A DNA stretch of 64,000 nucleotides from Phycisphaerales bacterium (GTDB lineage Bacteria > Planctomycetota > Phycisphaerae > WQYP01), in NCBI GenBank assembly GCA_027366115.1, contig DAHXLH010000029.1, positions 7,950 through 71,949 of the forward strand. The letters run 5' to 3'. The notes below the pieces were generated by a model. The model saw only the letters and a program-made list of their open reading frames with translations, searched no databases and was not told the DNA's origin. This document shows positions 48,515-59,907 of this stretch, in pieces. A program made the translations under genes and the position numbers. Within the stretch, counting starts at the first letter, position 1; the number at the start of each line of letters is the position of its first letter.

Positions 48515-49429
48515 TCAGGCGGGGATGGTTCGGGCCGCTTGTTCATCGGCGTGGTAGCTGGAGCGCACCAGCGGGCCGGATTCCACGACGGAAAATCCGA
48601 GCTTAAGCCCTACTGATTTCCAATAGGCAAACTGGTCCGGCGTTACCCAGCGATCAATGGGCAGATGTTCACGTGTGGGTTGGAGATATTGCCCCAGGGT
48701 GAGGATGTCCACATTTACTGCACGAATTTCTTTAAGTGTTTGCTCGAGTTCCTCATCGGTTTCGCCGATGCCCAGCATGAGTCCTGTTTTGGTCGTAAAG
48801 CCGCGAGCTTTGGCGCGGTGCAGCAGTTCCAGGGACCGCGGGTATTTGGCCTGCGGGCGCACGCGAAAATATTGGCTGGGAACGGTTTCAATATTATGGT
48901 TAAGAATATCCGGATTGGCGTCCAGGACTCTGTCCAGATCATCCCAGTGGCCGCAAAAATCTGGTATCAGCACTTCAATGGTGGTGCTCGGCGATGCTTG
49001 GCGCACGCCGGTGATGCTTTGCGCCCATATTGTGGACCCGCCGTCTTTAAGTTCATCGCGATTAACCGATGTAATGACAATATGCCGAAGTTTCATAATC
49101 GCCGCCGACTCGGCGACCCGGCGGGGTTCATCAAGGTCCAGTATGGGAGGGCGACCGGTTTTAATGTGACAAAATCCACAACTACGGGTGCAGACATCTC
49201 CTAAAATCATGATCGTGGCGGTTCCGCGGCCCCAGCATTCACCCATGTTGGGGCACTTGGCTGATTCGCACACGGTATGCAGCCGATGTTCATCCATAAT
49301 TCCGCGCACACGGGTGTAACCGGGGCCGGCTGGAAGTTTCACTTTCAGCCAAGAGGGCTTGCGGCCCGGCTGCATGTAATCCGGGCGGTTTTCCGCATTG
49401 GCTAACGGTAAGGAAATTGGAGCAGTCAC
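48515..49429 (-). CDS. lipA: Lipoyl synthase
   Basis: 304 aa. Two Cys clusters, [12 protein letters not shown] and radical-SAM CTRSCGFC. Full-length LipA-like. Confidence 0.92.
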   Translation of the reverse strand: MTAPISLPLANAENRPDYMQPGRKPSWLKVKLPAGPGYTRVRGIMDEHRLHTVCESAKCPNMGECWGRGTATIMILGDVCTRSCGFCHIKTGRPPILDLDEPRRVAESAAIMKLRHIVITSVNRDELKDGGSTIWAQSITGVRQASPSTTIEVLIPDFCGHWDDLDRVLDANPDILNHNIETVPSQYFRVRPQAKYPRSLELLHRAKARGFTTKTGLMLGIGETDEELEQTLKEIRAVNVDILTLGQYLQPTREHLPIDRWVTPDQFAYWKSVGLKLGFSVVESGPLVRSSYHADEQAARTIPA

Positions 49430-49496
49430 AAGCCTATCCTGTTAAAACCCATCCGGCAGCGGCCACTGGCTGAACGGATATAAGCCAGAAATTATA

Positions 49497-50183
49497 TCAC
49501 AGTTGGACGGCCCTGATAAATGCCCGCATTTTGGCATGATCTTTTATACCGGGTTGCCCTGCAACTTCCACGCCGCTTGAAACATCCACTGCCGCAGGAT
49601 GCACGGCGTTTATCGCGTGGGCGACATTTTCGGCGGTCAGGCCGCCGGCGAGTATGATGGGGGGCAAAGTACGCAATTCATCGGCCTTTTGTGCGTCGGA
49701 GAGCCAGGATAGATCAATCTGTTCGCCAGTGCCGCCATGGCCCCGCGCGGAATAGGCATCCAGCACTATGCTGCTGGCCGAAAAGGGAAGTTGCGCTAGG
49801 GCGCCGGTAAGTAGCCGCAAATCATCGCGATGGGCAATGCGAAATACGGGCCAGTAGCGGGCATCTTTGGCCGACAGCAATTTTACGGCTGCCGGTTCGC
49901 CATAGACTTGGAAGTTTCGCACGCCAAATTCCTCGGCCAACTGATGGGCGCCGGCAAGACCTTCAGGGCTGCTTAAGTTCACCAGCGCGACAATCTGATG
50001 CATATTATTTATGGCGGGGAAAATTTCTGCCCGTTGTTGGATTGTGAGCTTCCGCGGACCGGCAAAGAAGTTCAGGCCGATAAAATCTGCGCCATACTCC
50101 AACGCCGCCAGCGCGTCTTCGCGGCGCGTAATGCCGCATATTTTTATTTTTGTCTTTGTCACCTGAGTCAACAAATCCATCAC
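49497..50183 (-). CDS. trpF: N-(5'-phosphoribosyl)anthranilate isomerase
   Basis: 228 aa. Motifs KICGIT, LAGGL..NV..A and DVSSGVE..PG.KD of PRAI. Confidence 0.8.
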   Translation of the reverse strand: MMDLLTQVTKTKIKICGITRREDALAALEYGADFIGLNFFAGPRKLTIQQRAEIFPAINNMHQIVALVNLSSPEGLAGAHQLAEEFGVRNFQVYGEPAAVKLLSAKDARYWPVFRIAHRDDLRLLTGALAQLPFSASSIVLDAYSARGHGGTGEQIDLSWLSDAQKADELRTLPPIILAGGLTAENVAHAINAVHPAAVDVSSGVEVAGQPGIKDHAKMRAFIRAVQL

Positions 50184-50290
50184 CGGGATTTGATCATACA
50201 GCCCGGTGCGTTGGGATTCAACGCCGGCATCGCGGTATAATAGGCGTAACGGAGTACTGTTGAAGCGTTTAAGCGAAAGGATGGATTACG

Positions 50291-50791
50291 ATGTGGGCTA
50301 AACAGATAAAACGGGTTTTTCCGTTATTGGTCATGGGGATTGGAAGCATGATGCTTGCCGGCTGTGGGAGCTATTGGCAGGGCGGGTACTGGCGAGGTGG
50401 AGTTGTGGTGCAACAGCCCGGTCCGTATGCCTATGAATATTATTACGATCCCGGACTCCAGGCGTATTATTGTTATTACCCCAGTTACGGATGGCGCTAT
50501 TGTCCTTCGCCACCACCGCCCGGAGCCGTATTCTGGCGGGGTCCGGCACCGATGTATCTGCCCCAGCCGGCACCGGCTATAGGATTCAATTATTATTTTG
50601 ATCCTGATCGGCATGTGTATTATTACCGGGGGCCGGATAATCATTGGCGCTATTATCCGGGACATCCACCGCAGCAGGCGCGATTCTGGCATGGTGGGCG
50701 TCCCGGTGGGCTGCCGCACCCGCCACGGGGCGCTCCCGAACGGCGCGGCCCCGGGGGTGATCGCGGGCGGCGCGGGCATGATCAGCATTGA
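50291..50791 (+). CDS. Tyr/Pro/Trp-rich lipoprotein with internal tandem duplication (unknown function)
   Basis: 166 aa. Signal peptide plus lipobox (MLAGC). Two repeats, YYYDPGLQAYYCYYPSYGWRYCPSPPPPGAVFWRGP and YYFDPDRHVYYYRGPDNHWRYYPGHPPQQARFWHGG, then an Arg/Gly/Pro-rich tail. Confidence 0.55.
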   Translation: MWAKQIKRVFPLLVMGIGSMMLAGCGSYWQGGYWRGGVVVQQPGPYAYEYYYDPGLQAYYCYYPSYGWRYCPSPPPPGAVFWRGPAPMYLPQPAPAIGFNYYFDPDRHVYYYRGPDNHWRYYPGHPPQQARFWHGGRPGGLPHPPRGAPERRGPGGDRGRRGHDQH

Positions 50792-50825
50792 TTCGCATTG
50801 ATCCGGGGATCCGATTTAACGCATT

Positions 50826-52052
50826 GTGAGGGCTTTGATGGCGGATTATGCACCTATGCTCGCCTGGATTGACGCCCAGCAGCCGCGCATGGAAATGTTG
50901 GTCTCCCAATGGGCGGCCATCAATTCCGGCAGTAGCAACATCGCCGGTCTTAACCGCATGGCCGAAGTGCTGGCTGATGCCTTTGGCGTTTTGGGCCAAC
51001 CGGTTAATCGTATCGCACTGCCGCCGCGACAAATCGTTGGGGCCGATGGTTGCATGACCGCAGATCCGCTGGGGCCGGTGTTGTCCATTCAGGCTCGCCC
51101 GCAATCGCCGTTGCAGGTGTTGCTGGGCATTCATTTTGACACGGTGTATCCGGCGGACAGCCCATTTCAACAGGTAGCAAAGTCGGACCCACAGACCCTC
51201 TGCGGACCGGGTGTGGCGGACGCTAAAGGGGGTTTGGCCATACTGCTTATCGCGTTGCAGGCGTTGGAGCAGTCGCCCTCGGCGGGCAACATCGGCTGGG
51301 AAGTGTTGTTGAATCCGGATGAGGAAATTGGCTCTCCCGGCTCGGCTTCGCTGTTTCTGGATGCAGCCAAGGGGAAAACACTGGCGTTGCTTTTTGAGCC
51401 TGCGTTGCCCGATGGCAGCCTGGTGGGGGCACGGAAAGGTTCAGGCAATTTTGTTTTTGTCGTAAGAGGTAAAGCGGCCCATGCCGGCCGAGATTTCTCC
51501 GCCGGCCGCAGCGCGACCGTCGCTTTGTCGCACATTATTCTGGCGTTAAATAGGCTCAATGACTGGCAGCCCGGCATAACTGTGAATATTGGCCGCATCG
51601 AGGGCGGCGGGGCCTTGAACATCGTACCGGACTTGGCGACTGCCCGAGTCAACATCCGTTGTCGATTACCGCAACAGCAGCAGGAAATCCGCCGGCAGCT
51701 TGATGCCATTATCCAACAGGCCGCCCAGATGGATGGTATCACCGTGGGCCTGCACGGTGAATTTCATGCGCCGCCGAGAATTCTTGATGAGGCGCATGCA
51801 CAGTGGTTTAATCGCGTGGCCGAATGCTCAAGGCAACTTGGTGTCCCCGTGGCCTGGCATGAAAGCGGCGGTGCCTGCGATGGCAACCGATTGTCTGCTG
51901 CGGGGCTGCCGACTATTGATACATTGGGGCCGGTAGGGGATGGGATCCATAGTGCTGCCGAGCAGATCACGATTTCAACATTGGCGCAACGGGCGAAACT
52001 GACGGCGCTGTTGCTGTTGAAGCTGGCGCATGGGGAGTTTGGAATACCTTAA
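50826..52052 (+). CDS. M20-family metallopeptidase/deacylase (ArgE/DapE/CPG2-like)
   Basis: 408 aa. M20 motifs HFDTV, GVADAKGG, NPDEEIGS and a dimerisation-domain insert. Confidence 0.8.
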   Translation: MRALMADYAPMLAWIDAQQPRMEMLVSQWAAINSGSSNIAGLNRMAEVLADAFGVLGQPVNRIALPPRQIVGADGCMTADPLGPVLSIQARPQSPLQVLLGIHFDTVYPADSPFQQVAKSDPQTLCGPGVADAKGGLAILLIALQALEQSPSAGNIGWEVLLNPDEEIGSPGSASLFLDAAKGKTLALLFEPALPDGSLVGARKGSGNFVFVVRGKAAHAGRDFSAGRSATVALSHIILALNRLNDWQPGITVNIGRIEGGGALNIVPDLATARVNIRCRLPQQQQEIRRQLDAIIQQAAQMDGITVGLHGEFHAPPRILDEAHAQWFNRVAECSRQLGVPVAWHESGGACDGNRLSAAGLPTIDTLGPVGDGIHSAAEQITISTLAQRAKLTALLLLKLAHGEFGIP

Positions 52053-52280
52053 TTAGCGGGGATAGCGCGTTGCCATTTGAACGGGCGGACACGCACCGCG
52101 CCAACAAACCCCATTCCGTGAAAAAAAAGCAATGCTGCCGCATTGAGCTAAGATGTGGGGTGACTGGATATGGACAGGCCAGGCGGGAAACGAAAAACGA
52201 TGCGGTGTTCGCCAAATGGGAAAAAATTGTGTAATATTCCCTGCGGGCAGGAGTGACAGGATGAGGTAAAAGGACTTCCC

Positions 52281-53567
52281 ATGGCAGATTCAATTCAACT
52301 TTCCCTTGATGGAAAAACCTACCAATATCCCCTGGTCACCGGAACCGAGCAGGAACGCGGTATTGATATCAGTCGCCTGCGATCGGATACGGGCCTGATC
52401 ACCTTGGATCCCGGCTACGGCAACACCGGGTCGTGTCAAAGTGCGATTACCTATATTGATGGGGACAAGGGTATTTTGCGGTATCGCGGTATTCCCATTG
52501 AGGAATTCGCCAATCATCCCAATTTTATTGAAGTGGCGTGGCTGCTGATCTTCGGCCGCCTGCCCAATAAAGGGGAAAAAGACCGATTCAGCGATCGTCT
52601 CACGGCCAATGCGCATCTGCATGAAGCGATGAAGCATACGTTTGAAGGATTCCCCATTACCGCACCGCCCATGGCGATTACTTCCGCCATGATTAACACG
52701 CTGGGATGTTTTCACTCGGAACTTTATTCACTGGATGATGAAGTATTGCTGGAAGAGGCGGCCGCGCGGCTGATCAGTAAAATAAGAACCATCGCGGCCT
52801 TTACCTATCGGCGTGTTAACGGCCTGCCCTACATTTATGCCGATCCCAAATTGCGCTATTGCGCCAATTTTCTGCACATGATGTTTTCCATGCCTTATGA
52901 ACAGCATCTGGTGGATCCGGAAATTGAAAATGCGCTGAATCTAATTTTTATTCTCCACGCGGATCATGAGCAAAACTGCTCCACCAGTACCGTGCGTATG
53001 GTGGGCAGCAGCAAGGCTAACTTGTTTGCCAGTTGTGCGGCGGGCGTGTGCGCCTTGTGGGGACCGCTGCACGGCGGAGCTAATGTCGAAGTGCTGGATA
53101 TGCTGGAAAAAATTCATGCCGGGGGCATGACCGCGGAAAAATATATTGAGTTATCTAAAAAGAAGGATAACAACATCCGCCTGATGGGTTTTGGCCATCG
53201 CGTGTATAAAAATTATGACCCACGGGCCAAAATGCTGCAAAGCGTTTGTGAACGCGTGCTGAAAAAACTTAATGTCAAAGATCCGCTTCTGGACATTGCC
53301 CGGAAACTTGAAGAGCTGGCTCTTAAGGATGACTATTTTGTCGCCCGAAAACTGTATCCCAATGTCGATTTTTACAGTGGCATGATTATGCGGGCCATGG
53401 GCATTCCAACGAATATGTTTACGGTGCTCTTCGCCATCGGGCGGCTGCCGGGATGGATCGCCCATTGGAAGGAACAGCATGATGATCCGGCATCTAAAAT
53501 TGCCCGGCCCCGGCAGATATATACCGGCCCGGTGGATCGCCATTATGTGCCGCTGGATCAGCGTTAA
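52281..53567 (+). CDS. gltA: Citrate synthase (long, Gram-negative GltA type)
   Basis: 428 aa. Signature GFGHRVYKNYDPRA. N-terminal beta-domain typical of the hexameric type II enzyme. Confidence 0.92.
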   Translation: MADSIQLSLDGKTYQYPLVTGTEQERGIDISRLRSDTGLITLDPGYGNTGSCQSAITYIDGDKGILRYRGIPIEEFANHPNFIEVAWLLIFGRLPNKGEKDRFSDRLTANAHLHEAMKHTFEGFPITAPPMAITSAMINTLGCFHSELYSLDDEVLLEEAAARLISKIRTIAAFTYRRVNGLPYIYADPKLRYCANFLHMMFSMPYEQHLVDPEIENALNLIFILHADHEQNCSTSTVRMVGSSKANLFASCAAGVCALWGPLHGGANVEVLDMLEKIHAGGMTAEKYIELSKKKDNNIRLMGFGHRVYKNYDPRAKMLQSVCERVLKKLNVKDPLLDIARKLEELALKDDYFVARKLYPNVDFYSGMIMRAMGIPTNMFTVLFAIGRLPGWIAHWKEQHDDPASKIARPRQIYTGPVDRHYVPLDQR

Positions 53568-53613
53568 TTCAGGCCGGCTCCCGGGGTAACATTTTCATAG
53601 GCGTGCAGCGCGT

Positions 53614-54561
53614 ATGACCAGCATTGAATTACCCAGTACGCACCGCCTTATCGCCCCGCCACGTTCGCCGCTGCACATGGCTGTGGACCGCTTTCTGGCC
53701 AATCGCCTGGCGGTTGTGGGACTTATCGGCTTGTGCTTTTTTGTGCTGGCCTGCTACGGATCATTGCCTTGGACACTGCATACATTTAATCACCAGGATC
53801 TCCGGCAGGCGCTGGAGCCGCCGTCGTGGCAGCATTGGATGGGCACCGATACGCTGGGGCGGGATTTGCTTTCGCGGTTTTTGCTGGGCGGGGCCATTTC
53901 TCTGCTCATTGGGATATTTTCGGCGCTGGTTGCGGTGGGAATTGGTTTAACCGTCGGTTTGATTTCCGGCTATGTGGGCGGCCGGCTGGATGCGCTGCTG
54001 ATGCGCGGCGTGGATGTGCTGTATGGCTTGCCATATATACTGCTGGTGATTCTGCTGCGGGTGGCGCTGGTAGACCGGATATCGCATTTTTTCAATGCCA
54101 TGGCGTTGCCGCACGCACAAGGCCTGGCGGGAATTGTAGTGCTGCTGGTTGGTATCGGCGGCGTGAGCTGGCTGACCATGGCCCGCGTGATTCGCAGCCA
54201 GACGATGAGCCTGGTCAATCAACCGTATGTGGAAGCGGCGCGCGCTACCGGTGCCAGACCATCGCGCATTTTACTGCGGCACATTCTGCCCAATCTTATC
54301 GGTTCAGTCGCGGTGTATGCCGCTTTGACCGTACCCAATGCGATTTTGGCAGAATCATTTTTGAGTTTTCTGGGATTAGGCGTCCAGCCACCGGTGCCGA
54401 CATGGGGAAACTTGGCGGCGTCGGGCGTGGAGGCGATTAACCCGATTCATACGCAATGGTGGCTAATTACATGGCCATGCGTGGGCTTGACGCTGGCGCT
54501 GTTATGCTTAAATTTTCTGGGTGACGCCCTGCGCGATGCATTGGACGTGCGAACGCGATAG
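53614..54561 (+). CDS. ABC transporter permease (DppC/OppC-like), first of two OppC-type permeases in the operon
   Basis: 315 aa. Six TM helices. EAA-loop motif YVEAARATGA. Confidence 0.82.
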   Translation: MTSIELPSTHRLIAPPRSPLHMAVDRFLANRLAVVGLIGLCFFVLACYGSLPWTLHTFNHQDLRQALEPPSWQHWMGTDTLGRDLLSRFLLGGAISLLIGIFSALVAVGIGLTVGLISGYVGGRLDALLMRGVDVLYGLPYILLVILLRVALVDRISHFFNAMALPHAQGLAGIVVLLVGIGGVSWLTMARVIRSQTMSLVNQPYVEAARATGARPSRILLRHILPNLIGSVAVYAALTVPNAILAESFLSFLGLGVQPPVPTWGNLAASGVEAINPIHTQWWLITWPCVGLTLALLCLNFLGDALRDALDVRTR

Positions 54562-54626
54562 AATTCACGGCGTATAAATGGTGTGATCGGCCCGTTCCCG
54601 CCGGCACCGTGTAAACAGGTGAATAA

Positions 54627-56483
54627 ATGGATAATCGCTTTACGCTCAAAGATTTCATTTTCACTGCTTTATTGTTGCTGATTATTGGCGCTGCGTTCCT
54701 GGCGATGGGGCAATTCAATTATGTCAACAAGCAGGTCATCGCCTTATCCAGTCAGATAAAAACTCTCAATGAACAACAGTTGGCTCAGACGCAACTGCTG
54801 CAACAAATTGTGCGCCATGGCCTGCGGATACAATCCGGAACCGGCCAAACGGCAAAGGCCACGCAAAAAGACATTCGGGAAACACTGCCCGACGGAACAC
54901 GTTATGTCTGCTATCCCAATCCGCCATTGCTGCCGCACAATCCCTATTCGCTTTCGGATTACGCCCGCGGCGATTGGCTGGTGGAAAACTTGGGTGAAAA
55001 TCCCCGCACCTTAACGCCCTTTGTCGCACGTGATGTAGGTGCTACGGTCGTACAGGGCTGGGTGCAAGAATCGCTGCTTTCGCGTGATCCAGTGACACTC
55101 AAATGGGAGCCGTGGCTGGCCCGGAGCTACCGCGTTTCCCCCAATGGCCTCAAGATCACGTTCAAAATTCGCCGCCGGGCGTGTTTCAGCAATGGACACC
55201 CCGTCACCGCGCAGGATGTGCTGTTCAGCTATAACACGATGATGAATCCGGGCGTGGACGACGCACCCCAACGGGTTTACTTAAATGATGTGAAATCCTG
55301 CCGGGCGGTGGGCAAACATACCGTCATTTTTACGTTTAAACATCCGTATTTTAAGTCGCTGGAAGTGGTGGGGGGGATCAGCGTATTGCCGGAAAGCGTG
55401 TATAAATTTAAAAAAGCCGGTGACTTTAACAAACGCGGTCGTCTGCTGGTGGGCAGCGGACCGTACATGTTTGACAAATGGACCAGCGGTGAAATTGTGC
55501 TGGTGCGTAACCCGCGTTACTGGGGGCCTTTGCCGACATTTAATCGCATTATTTATCGGTTTATTCAGAATCCGCAGGCGGCCTTGCAGGCATTTCTCGG
55601 CGGGCAGTTGGATACCGATCCTCCGGAGCCGTCGCAGTGGGTTAAATACATCAAGCAACCGAAATTTACGCAAAGCCACCACTGCTACAAATTCCTGACT
55701 CCGGCGGCGGGTTATGAGTTTGTGTGCTGGAATCTCAAAAAGCCGGAATTTAAGGATCGTCTTACCCGCACCGCGCTATGTATGCTCGTGGATCGCAACG
55801 CCATTATCAAAACCTTTTTGTATGGGCTGGCCCAGCCGATCACCGGTCCGTTTAATCCACTTTCTCCGCAGAATAATCCAAAGATTAAACCCATTGCCTA
55901 TGACCCGGCGAAGGCCCGGGTGCTTTTGCGGCGGGCCGGCTGGAAAATGGGAAGTGACGGCATCCTCCATCGGGACGGCAAAGCTTTTAAGTTTCAGATA
56001 CTGCTGCCCTCGCGTGATCCGCTGATTCAGAAGATCTGCGTCTATATGAAACAGCAATTTGCCAAAGCCGGCATTGATATGAGCGTGCAGCCGCTGGAAT
56101 TTTCCGTGATGATTGAAAAAATTGATAACCGCCAGTTCTCTTCGTTTTTTCTCGGGTGGAGCGGCGGCATTGAAAATGATCCCTATCAGATTTGGGATTC
56201 CGCCTGTTACGCGGACAAGGGCAGTAACGCCGGGGATTTTGACAATGCGCAGGCGGATAAACTCATTTCCGAAGGCCGGCGCGAAATGAACACGGCCAAA
56301 CGCATGGCCATCTGGCATAAATTTCAGGCCATTGTTTACCGTGAACAGCCTTATATGTTTTTATTTACCTCCGATGCCTTGATGTTTATCAACCAGCGCT
56401 TCCACAACACCGCCCCGGTGGGCAAGTTCGGACCGCTGGAGGCGAACTGGTTTGTACCGTTAAAACTTCAGAAGTATCAGTGA
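54627..56483 (+). CDS. ABC transporter substrate-binding protein, family 5 (Opp/Dpp-like), with uncleaved N-terminal TM anchor and coiled-coil linker
   Basis: 618 aa. N-terminal FIFTALLLLIIGAAFLAMG with no signal-peptidase or lipobox site. A Gln-rich heptad stretch (SSQIKTLNEQQLAQTQLLQQIV). Then an SBP_bac_5 body. Confidence 0.82.
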   Translation: MDNRFTLKDFIFTALLLLIIGAAFLAMGQFNYVNKQVIALSSQIKTLNEQQLAQTQLLQQIVRHGLRIQSGTGQTAKATQKDIRETLPDGTRYVCYPNPPLLPHNPYSLSDYARGDWLVENLGENPRTLTPFVARDVGATVVQGWVQESLLSRDPVTLKWEPWLARSYRVSPNGLKITFKIRRRACFSNGHPVTAQDVLFSYNTMMNPGVDDAPQRVYLNDVKSCRAVGKHTVIFTFKHPYFKSLEVVGGISVLPESVYKFKKAGDFNKRGRLLVGSGPYMFDKWTSGEIVLVRNPRYWGPLPTFNRIIYRFIQNPQAALQAFLGGQLDTDPPEPSQWVKYIKQPKFTQSHHCYKFLTPAAGYEFVCWNLKKPEFKDRLTRTALCMLVDRNAIIKTFLYGLAQPITGPFNPLSPQNNPKIKPIAYDPAKARVLLRRAGWKMGSDGILHRDGKAFKFQILLPSRDPLIQKICVYMKQQFAKAGIDMSVQPLEFSVMIEKIDNRQFSSFFLGWSGGIENDPYQIWDSACYADKGSNAGDFDNAQADKLISEGRREMNTAKRMAIWHKFQAIVYREQPYMFLFTSDALMFINQRFHNTAPVGKFGPLEANWFVPLKLQKYQ

Positions 56484-56535
56484 GTGTCACCGCAGCCGGG
56501 CAGACGCGGTCGAAGCAACAAGATGGAATTCAGGC

Positions 56536-57546
56536 ATGACAACATATATTATCCGCCGCCTCCTGCTGATGATTCCAACGCTGCTGGGCATGACCTTCAT
56601 GCTGTTTGCCGTGGTGCGGTTTGCCCCGGGCCTGACCACAGGGGGCGGGCAATTTTCCGCGGGCATTATGCAATCCCGGCAGGCACAGAAGCAGGAGCAG
56701 CAGATCATGGAGCGCCGGCTGCATCTGGTGGATAAAAACGGCCACCCGATCAATCTGGCGATGCAATATTTTCTCTGGCTTAAAAGCACCTGTGAGGGAC
56801 ACCTGGGCACATCCATTGTATACCAGGAACCGGTCCTGACGCTCATTGAACAACGCCTGCCCGTGACACTGACCATCAATGCGATCGCCATGGCGGTTAT
56901 TTATCTGGTATCTCTTCCCGGGGGGCTGATAACGGCACTGAATCAGGGGCGATTGATCGATCGAGGATACGGCTTTTTTTCGCTGGCGCTGTATTCGCTG
57001 CCGGTTATCTGGCTGGGATCAACGGTGCTGGGGTTTTTTGCCAATCCCCAATATTTCAACTGGTTTCCCTCAGCGGGACTGCATTCCACCAATACCCAGA
57101 ACATGACATTTTTCCGGTATATCGCCGATTATCTTTATCATATCGTCCTGCCGATTGTCTGTTCGGTTTACGGCGGATTCGCAATTTTAAGCAAACAGAT
57201 TCGCGGTTCAATTCTGGAGAATCTGCAACAGGATTACGTGCGTACCGCCCGCGCCAAGGGGCTGCCGGAATCGACCGTATTAATGCGGCACGTCTTTCGC
57301 AACAGTCTGTTGAATCTCATTACGCTCACCGGAATGTCACTGCCGGGATTGCTGGGCGGGTCGGTAATTATCGAGCAGATTTTTTCCATCAACGGCATGG
57401 GCCGCCTGGCCTATACATCAACATTGTCGCGTGATCTGCCGGTGATTCAGGATCTGGCGCTGGTGGGGTCGGTGTTGACGCTGTTATCTTATCTTGCTGT
57501 AGATATATGTTATCATCTGGCCGATCCGCGGGTGATCTATGACTGA
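56536..57546 (+). CDS. ABC transporter permease (DppB/OppB-like)
   Basis: 336 aa. Six TM helices. Begins MTTYIIRRLLLMIPTLLGMTFMLF (OppB-type start). EAA-loop region ARAKGLPESTVLMRH. Confidence 0.85.
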   Translation: MTTYIIRRLLLMIPTLLGMTFMLFAVVRFAPGLTTGGGQFSAGIMQSRQAQKQEQQIMERRLHLVDKNGHPINLAMQYFLWLKSTCEGHLGTSIVYQEPVLTLIEQRLPVTLTINAIAMAVIYLVSLPGGLITALNQGRLIDRGYGFFSLALYSLPVIWLGSTVLGFFANPQYFNWFPSAGLHSTNTQNMTFFRYIADYLYHIVLPIVCSVYGGFAILSKQIRGSILENLQQDYVRTARAKGLPESTVLMRHVFRNSLLNLITLTGMSLPGLLGGSVIIEQIFSINGMGRLAYTSTLSRDLPVIQDLALVGSVLTLLSYLAVDICYHLADPRVIYD

Positions 57547-58780
57547 TCTGACGCTTTCGCCGACGGACCAGCCGTTGCTCCCCGCACCGCGCCCCTATTG
57601 GGGCTGGGTGGCGGTACGATTGTTTCGTCCATTGCTGGTGCGGCTGTGCGCAGTATATATAGCCGTGTTGGTGCTGATCGCACTGTTGGTCCCGTTGATT
57701 GCCAACGGACAACCTTACACCTGCATCGTTCCGGCAACCGCCGGCCATGCTGCCGTACGGGAATACCCGTTGTTCCGTGACCTAAGCGCCGTGAGCTGGA
57801 TTTTACTGGTTGTAGCGGCGGCCTTGGCCGCGCAGGGCGTTGTGATGGGCCTGTCCCACCGACTCCCCAGGGCGCAACGCATGATGCGCCGCCGCATCGG
57901 AGCGGTTGTCATCACAGGTGTCACCATTATCGCGGGATCGTTGATTGCCGCATTGCACCATAATCGTCTCGATGCCGTCAATTACCGCAGCCTTGCGCGG
58001 CATGGTCTGATTACGCACGCCATATTTCCACCCGTGCGATGGGGTTATGCGGAAATGGAACCGTTGAGCAAGGGGTTAATTAACCAGTATCCATCCCATC
58101 GCCATTGGCTGGGCACCGATGGCGACGGGCGCGATGAACTTTCCCGCTTGCTCTGGGGTGCGCGTATCGCCATGGGGGTAGGATTTGTCAGCCAGATCAT
58201 TGCCTTGGCCATGGGAATTGTGGTCGGCGCATTGACGGGTTATTTCGGCGGCATATTTGATATTATTGGTATGAGATTGGTGGAAATGGTTGAATCCATA
58301 CCCACCTTTTTCCTGATCCTCACCTTTGTCGCCGTTTATGGACGCCATATTCTTGATATCATGGTCATTATCGGCGTTACCGGCTGGACAGGATATGCAC
58401 GGCTGCTGCGCGCGGAATTTTTCCGCATTCGTAATTTGGATTATGTACTGGCAGCGCAAGGGACGGGTATGCCATTGTGGAGAGTGCTTTTCAAACACAT
58501 GCTGCCTAACGGCGTAACGCCGGTGTTGGTTTCCGCCGGTTTTGGCCTGGCCGGCGCTGTGACCATTGAAGCGTCTTTAAGTTATCTGGGCGTGGGTGTG
58601 CAGCCGCCGACGGCTTCTTGGGGTTCCATGCTTAATTCCGCGGGAAATCCAGCTACCGTATTTCGCTGGTGGCAGGCATTGGGGCCAGGGATGTTGATTT
58701 TTATTACGGTTCTGGCGTTTAATCTGTTTGCCGAATCCCTGCGCGACGCTATTGATCCCACCACGATGGGGCGGAGGTAA
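57539..58780 (+). CDS. ABC transporter permease (DppC/OppC-like) with ~90-aa N-terminal extension
   Basis: 413 aa. OppC N-terminal domain. EAA loop [10 protein letters not shown]. Overlaps the upstream gene by 8 nt. Confidence 0.85.
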   Translation: MTDLTLSPTDQPLLPAPRPYWGWVAVRLFRPLLVRLCAVYIAVLVLIALLVPLIANGQPYTCIVPATAGHAAVREYPLFRDLSAVSWILLVVAAALAAQGVVMGLSHRLPRAQRMMRRRIGAVVITGVTIIAGSLIAALHHNRLDAVNYRSLARHGLITHAIFPPVRWGYAEMEPLSKGLINQYPSHRHWLGTDGDGRDELSRLLWGARIAMGVGFVSQIIALAMGIVVGALTGYFGGIFDIIGMRLVEMVESIPTFFLILTFVAVYGRHILDIMVIIGVTGWTGYARLLRAEFFRIRNLDYVLAAQGTGMPLWRVLFKHMLPNGVTPVLVSAGFGLAGAVTIEASLSYLGVGVQPPTASWGSMLNSAGNPATVFRWWQALGPGMLIFITVLAFNLFAESLRDAIDPTTMGRR

Positions 58781-58785
58781 ATGCC

Positions 58786-59859
58786 ATGGCACAAGATTCT
58801 CCCGTTGCTACTGCACCCCTGCTGACTGTTCGTAACCTTGTCACGCGGTTTGATACGGCTGCCGGTATATTTAACGCGGTAGACGGAATTTCCTTTTCCA
58901 TTTATCCGGGACAAACGCTGGCCTTGGTGGGAGAAAGCGGCTGCGGGAAAAGTGTCACCGCGTTGTCACTGATGCGGCTGATTACTGAACCGGGGCGCAT
59001 TGTCGGCGGACAGATTATCATGGGGAACCGTGATTTGTTATCCATTACTGAATCACAGATGCGGCGTGTGCGGGGTGGAAAAATCGCGATGATTTTTCAG
59101 GAACCCATGACCAGTCTCAACCCGGTGTTCACCATTGGATTCCAGATTGTTGAAGCTATTCAGTTGCACCAGAAAGTTTCCAATTCTCAGGCGTATGGCA
59201 TCGCTGAAACCGCACTGCGGCGCGTGGGCGTGGCGGACGCGGGCCGGCGGCTGCGGGATTATCCGCATCAGATGTCCGGCGGCATGAAGCAGCGCGTGAT
59301 GATTGCCATGGCTCTGGCGTGCAATCCTTCGCTTTTAATTGCTGATGAACCCACGACCGCATTGGATGTCACCATTCAGGCCCAGATACTGGAATTGCTG
59401 GGCGAAGTGCGGGCCGCGACGAATATGGCCGTTCTGTTAATTACGCATGATCTGGGAATTGTGGCGGAAAATGCGGATGTTGTGGCCATTATGTATGCGG
59501 GAAGAATTGTTGAATTCGCCACCGTTCACGATTTGTTTGCCAACCCTCTGCATCCCTATACCCGAGGGCTGTTAGCCTGTGTGCCCCGCTTAAACCAGGA
59601 ACATCAACGCCTGCCGGCGATTCCCGGCATGGTTCCCAGTCCGCTGGATTGGCCGCCGGGCTGTCGCTTTGAACCGCGTTGTACTAATTGTCAGGGCCAC
59701 GCAAGGGATCGCTGCAAACAGGCCATGCCGCCACTCAATGAGGTTTCCCCAGGCCATTGGGTAGCCACATTTTCCGCGGTTGGCTTTGATGGTGCGCCGG
59801 GGACGGAACCCTCGCTGATGTTTCAACGTTCGAAAAAGTCGCCGGAAGTCGTCGCGTAA
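58786..59859 (+). CDS. ABC transporter ATP-binding protein (DppD/OppD-like)
   Basis: Walker A GESGCGKS, signature MSGGMKQR, Walker [13 protein letters not shown] and a C-terminal oligopeptide-ABC extension with Cys residues. Confidence 0.88.
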   Translation: MAQDSPVATAPLLTVRNLVTRFDTAAGIFNAVDGISFSIYPGQTLALVGESGCGKSVTALSLMRLITEPGRIVGGQIIMGNRDLLSITESQMRRVRGGKIAMIFQEPMTSLNPVFTIGFQIVEAIQLHQKVSNSQAYGIAETALRRVGVADAGRRLRDYPHQMSGGMKQRVMIAMALACNPSLLIADEPTTALDVTIQAQILELLGEVRAATNMAVLLITHDLGIVAENADVVAIMYAGRIVEFATVHDLFANPLHPYTRGLLACVPRLNQEHQRLPAIPGMVPSPLDWPPGCRFEPRCTNCQGHARDRCKQAMPPLNEVSPGHWVATFSAVGFDGAPGTEPSLMFQRSKKSPEVVA

Positions 59860-59907
59860 ATTCGCCGCGTAAATGTAGGGGCCGTTAGCGCGGCGGGCAA
59901 ACTTGTT

